Shown: positions 60,758 through 64,000 of the stretch, piece after piece | How the letters are laid out: each line of letters opens with the position of its first letter | How positions within the stretch are numbered: position 1 is the stretch's first letter | Origin: an uncultured Spirochaetota bacterium | GTDB lineage: Bacteria > Spirochaetota > Spirochaetia > SZUA-6 > CAVTHK01 | NCBI GenBank assembly: GCA_963734495.1 | Contig: CAVTHK010000011.1 | Coordinates: 320,001 to 384,000, forward strand | Length of the DNA: 64,000 nucleotides | Reading direction: 5' to 3' | Notes under the pieces: generated by a model | Seen by the model: the letters and a program-made list of their open reading frames with translations, nothing else | Told to the model about the DNA's origin: nothing | Databases searched by the model: none | Translations under genes and position numbers: made by a program

Positions 60758-61597
60758 ATGAGGACGCGTCCCAAGGTGTCGCGAATTCTGCGGGGTGCGG
60801 CTCACCATGCGGTCGCCGCGGCGATCGGCCTGGTCATGCTTTTCCCCTTTGTCTGGATGATCCTGGGCTCGTTCAAGTTCAACGAGGACGTCCTGAGCAT
60901 CCCGGTCAAGCTCCTGCCGCCGCGGTGGAACTTCTCGAGCTACGCCAACGCGTTCGCTTCCGGTCCCTTTGGCCGCTACTATCTGAACTCGACGATCGTG
61001 CTGCTGGCGGCGGTGGCGCTGAACATCGCCACCTGCACCACGGCGGGGTACGGCTTCGCGAAGTACCGCTTTCGGGGGCGCGAGCTTCTTTTCGGCATCG
61101 TCCTCAGCACGTTGATGGTGCCGATCTACGCCGTGGTCGTGCCGCTGTTCGTGCTGACGCACAATCTCGGCCTGGTGAATACCTATGCGGGCATCATCCT
61201 GCCGCTTTCCCTTTCGGGCTTTGGCGTGTTCCTCATGCGGCAGTTCTTCTACGCGGTCCCCAACGAGCTGCTCGAAGCGGCCCGCATCGACGGGGCCTCC
61301 GAGCTCAGCATATTCCTCCAGGTGGGCGTTCCCCTCTCCCGCGTGGCGGTGGTGGCGCTCGTGATCTTTCACTCCCAGTACGTCTGGAAGAACCTGATCT
61401 GGCCGCTCGTAGTGGTCACGGGCACCGCGCTCAGAACACTTCCCGTCGGCATCGCCCTGTTTGCGGGCGTCTTCTTCACGCCCTATCCGGAGCAGCTCGC
61501 CATGTCCGTTTCCGCCTGCATCCCCCTGGTGGCGCTGTACCTGTTTTTCTCCCAGTATTTCATCCGTGGAACGGTCCTGACCGGCCTCAAGGGATAG
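60758..61597 (+). CDS. Carbohydrate ABC permease
   Basis: ELLEAARIDGA, FIRG...TGLKG. Confidence 0.92.
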   Translation: MRTRPKVSRILRGAAHHAVAAAIGLVMLFPFVWMILGSFKFNEDVLSIPVKLLPPRWNFSSYANAFASGPFGRYYLNSTIVLLAAVALNIATCTTAGYGFAKYRFRGRELLFGIVLSTLMVPIYAVVVPLFVLTHNLGLVNTYAGIILPLSLSGFGVFLMRQFFYAVPNELLEAARIDGASELSIFLQVGVPLSRVAVVALVIFHSQYVWKNLIWPLVVVTGTALRTLPVGIALFAGVFFTPYPEQLAMSVSACIPLVALYLFFSQYFIRGTVLTGLKG

Positions 61598-61623
61598 CCT
61601 GGCAGGACGGAGGAGGAAACGAG

Positions 61624-63006
61624 ATGCTGCGCATGGCAATCGGTCACACGGATATCACTCCGCAGGAGAGCGTCCCCCTCCAGGGCTACGGCGACCGCAC
61701 CCACGACTCCGAGGGCGTTCACGACCCGCTGTACGCATACGCCTGGTACTGCGAGAGCCCCGGCGATCCGCCGTTCGTCTGGGTGGCTCTCGACCTGTGC
61801 CTGATGAGCGTGATTACCGCCCGTGAGCTGGCTGCGGCGCTCAGCGCGACGACGGCGATGCCGGCGGATCGGATCTTCATCTCGACGACCCACACGCACT
61901 CAGGTCCGGTCGCGCGCTTCATCAGCCGGGACACAAGCCCCTGGGCCGTGCGCTACTACGGCATGCTCCGTGAGCGGTTGGGCGAGCTGATCCAGGAGAC
62001 CAGACAACGGGCTTTTCGCGGCTCGATCGAGGTGCGGACGGGCGCCAGCCGCATCGGGGTCAATCGTCGCGACGCGGCGGCGCCGATCGATCCCCGCCTG
62101 GTCCTGTTCAGCTTGAAGGACGAAGGGGGGACGCAACGGGGACTCCTCTTCCATTACTCCTGCCATCTCACCGTCCTCGGGGTCGACAACTACCGGGTCA
62201 GCGCCGACTGGGCCGGCCCGGTTCGCGAGTCGCTGCAGAAGGAGCTATCCGTTCCGGTTATGTTCCTGCAAGGCGCCGAAGGAAACGTCGATCCGGCGAG
62301 CCGCGGTGCTTTGGATATGGCGGACCCCGATCAGGCGGTGGGCTCCTCGTTCGACGTCGTCGAGCAGACCGCCCGCACGATGGCCGGAGATATTCGCGCC
62401 GCCAGCGCGACGGCGCCGGTCGCCACCATGGACCGGCTCACCGCTCGAACCTTGACGGTCCATCTGCCGCTGCGCTACGGGGCTCTGAGCCCGGCTCAGG
62501 TCCAGTCGAAGCTGGACGACTGGAAGGAGAAGCTCGGGCGATTCCTGGGAATTCCCGAGGAGAAGGTTCCCGAGGGCGGCATCATCAACGCCATGGTCAA
62601 GGACAGGGCCCGCGCGGGCAGGCTGCCCCCGGAGGAGACGAGGCGGTGGGTGGCGGAACAGTTCGCGTACGGCGCGTTCGTGAGCATCTACAAGACGGGC
62701 GGCGAGCTGATCGACGCCAGGAGGGGCGAAGTCGAGTGCCCCCTGCGCCTGCTGGACGGAGGCGCGGTCAAGCTTCTCGGCATCCCCGCAGAAGCCCTGC
62801 TGGACGTAGCCTTCGACTGGCAGGCCCGGGTCCCCGATGCCATCGCCCTCGTCGCCGGCCTCTTCGGCGGCTGGATCGGGTACCTGCCGCATCGAGCGAA
62901 CTTCGAAGAGCCCAGGGCCTCGGAGCTCTACGAGACGGTGTCCTCGGTTTTCTCGCCGCAGGCCGCAGAGATGCTGCTGGATGCGGTGCGGCAGCCGCCC
63001 GCATGA
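61624..63006 (+). CDS. Neutral/alkaline ceramidase-like metal amidohydrolase
   Basis: DITP..GY, GVHDPLYA, THTHSGP, YSCH, FLQGAEGNV, GYLP; GGAGG RBS. Confidence 0.78.
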   Translation: MLRMAIGHTDITPQESVPLQGYGDRTHDSEGVHDPLYAYAWYCESPGDPPFVWVALDLCLMSVITARELAAALSATTAMPADRIFISTTHTHSGPVARFISRDTSPWAVRYYGMLRERLGELIQETRQRAFRGSIEVRTGASRIGVNRRDAAAPIDPRLVLFSLKDEGGTQRGLLFHYSCHLTVLGVDNYRVSADWAGPVRESLQKELSVPVMFLQGAEGNVDPASRGALDMADPDQAVGSSFDVVEQTARTMAGDIRAASATAPVATMDRLTARTLTVHLPLRYGALSPAQVQSKLDDWKEKLGRFLGIPEEKVPEGGIINAMVKDRARAGRLPPEETRRWVAEQFAYGAFVSIYKTGGELIDARRGEVECPLRLLDGGAVKLLGIPAEALLDVAFDWQARVPDAIALVAGLFGGWIGYLPHRANFEEPRASELYETVSSVFSPQAAEMLLDAVRQPPA

Positions 63007-63060
63007 GGGCCGGCTCGTCCTGATGCCGCGGTCGCACGACCGTTCGAGCTCGCCTTCGCT

Positions 63061-64000
63061 TCAGGCCTTTTGCGCCGGCACCAGCCGCCAGAACAGGATT
63101 CCGGCGAGCAGCGCGAGCGCCGCTCCGAACAGGAAGGGCGCCGAGGCGCCGAAGCCGTGCCAGCCGAATGCGCCCTGCCACAGCAGCCCGGCGATGGCTG
63201 AGGCCGGAAAGGCGGTCAGGCCGATGGCGGCGTTGTACAGACCGTAGGCCGTGCCCCGCCGCTCCGGCGTCACCAGGTCGGCGATCAACGCCTTGGCCGA
63301 GCCTTCGGTGGCGGCGTAGTAGATGCCGTACAGGCCGTAGAGCGCCCAGACCTGCCAGCCGGTGCGCGACAGGGCGAAGCCCAGGTAGACCAGCCCGTAT
63401 GCCAGCCAGCCGCCGACGATCAGCCGCCGCCGCCCGATCCTGTCCGAGAGCGCACCCAGCGGGCCGGCCAGCAGGGAGTAGATCAGGTTGAAGGTCATCA
63501 GCATGAGAAGAATCTGGAACACGCCGAGGCCGCGGTTTTGGGCCAGCAGGATGATGAACGCGTCCGAGGAGTTGCCCAGCGTGAACAGGATCAGCACGAA
63601 CATGAAGAGCTTGAAGCGCCGGTCCATGCCCTTCATGCTGAACACGGGCACCCTCGACTGGCTGCGGACGCCGGTCTCCCGAGCCCCCAGCGCCAGCACG
63701 AGCACCGCCAGGACCGCGGGGATGATGCTGATGAGCACCGCGATCTGGAACGTCCGGCGCGTCAGGTCTGCGGCGCCGCGCTCGGTCAGCCAGACGATCA
63801 GGGCGGCAATCGCCACGCCGACGAGAGCCCCGGCCGTGTCTCCGGCGCGATGCACGCCGAAGGCCAGGCCCCGCTGCTTCTCGTCGATGCTGTCGGCGAC
63901 GAGGGCGTCGCGCGGCGCGGTGCGGATGCCCTTGCCCAGGCGATCCGCGACGCGCACCCCGAGCACAAAGCCCCAGGCATGGGCCAGATAGAGGAAGGGC
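63061..64000 (-). CDS. MFS transporter, 5'-truncated by window
   Basis: DRLGKGIRTAPRDAL, LGNSSDAF, LSDRIGRR. Confidence 0.9.
   Translation of the reverse strand, partial: PFLYLAHAWGFVLGVRVADRLGKGIRTAPRDALVADSIDEKQRGLAFGVHRAGDTAGALVGVAIAALIVWLTERGAADLTRRTFQIAVLISIIPAVLAVLVLALGARETGVRSQSRVPVFSMKGMDRRFKLFMFVLILFTLGNSSDAFIILLAQNRGLGVFQILLMLMTFNLIYSLLAGPLGALSDRIGRRRLIVGGWLAYGLVYLGFALSRTGWQVWALYGLYGIYYAATEGSAKALIADLVTPERRGTAYGLYNAAIGLTAFPASAIAGLLWQGAFGWHGFGASAPFLFGAALALLAGILFWRLVPAQKA

Overview
High-GC bacterial chromosomal segment, gene-dense, with about 55 CDS. I found no rRNA, tRNA, CRISPR array, integrase or IS element. It is probably from a free-living Spirochaetota genome (inference from the A-[G/E]-G-x-x-E signal-peptide motif, the PRTase-like gene and the DctP type). 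Contents in order: an AbiEi/AbiEii type IV toxin-antitoxin pair; five carbohydrate ABC importers with catabolic enzymes (enolase-superfamily dehydratase, Gfo/Idh/MocA oxidoreductases, GH42, GHL6-like hydrolase, DegT-family aminotransferase, ceramidase-like hydrolase); a divergent cytosine deaminase / atypical PRTase / PfkB locus; an ArsR-DsrE2-TusA-cytochrome b-HdrD/DsrK-like sulfur operon; a DUF6448-like gene with an FNR-type box; a radical SAM-GMC four-gene cluster; and two convergent pst operons, one with phoBR and a Pho box. About 17 genes are broken by small indels, most likely sequencing or assembly errors, so their coordinates are reconstructed by eye. Best candidates for undescribed biology: (1) the sulfur-relay operon coupled to a DsrMK-like membrane module, with no dsrAB or dsrC in the window; (2) a Cys-free N-terminal motif shared by six binding proteins from different families; (3) a PstB pair with complementary degenerate motifs predicting one dead ATPase site. 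All family calls come from motif recognition, not from database searches.
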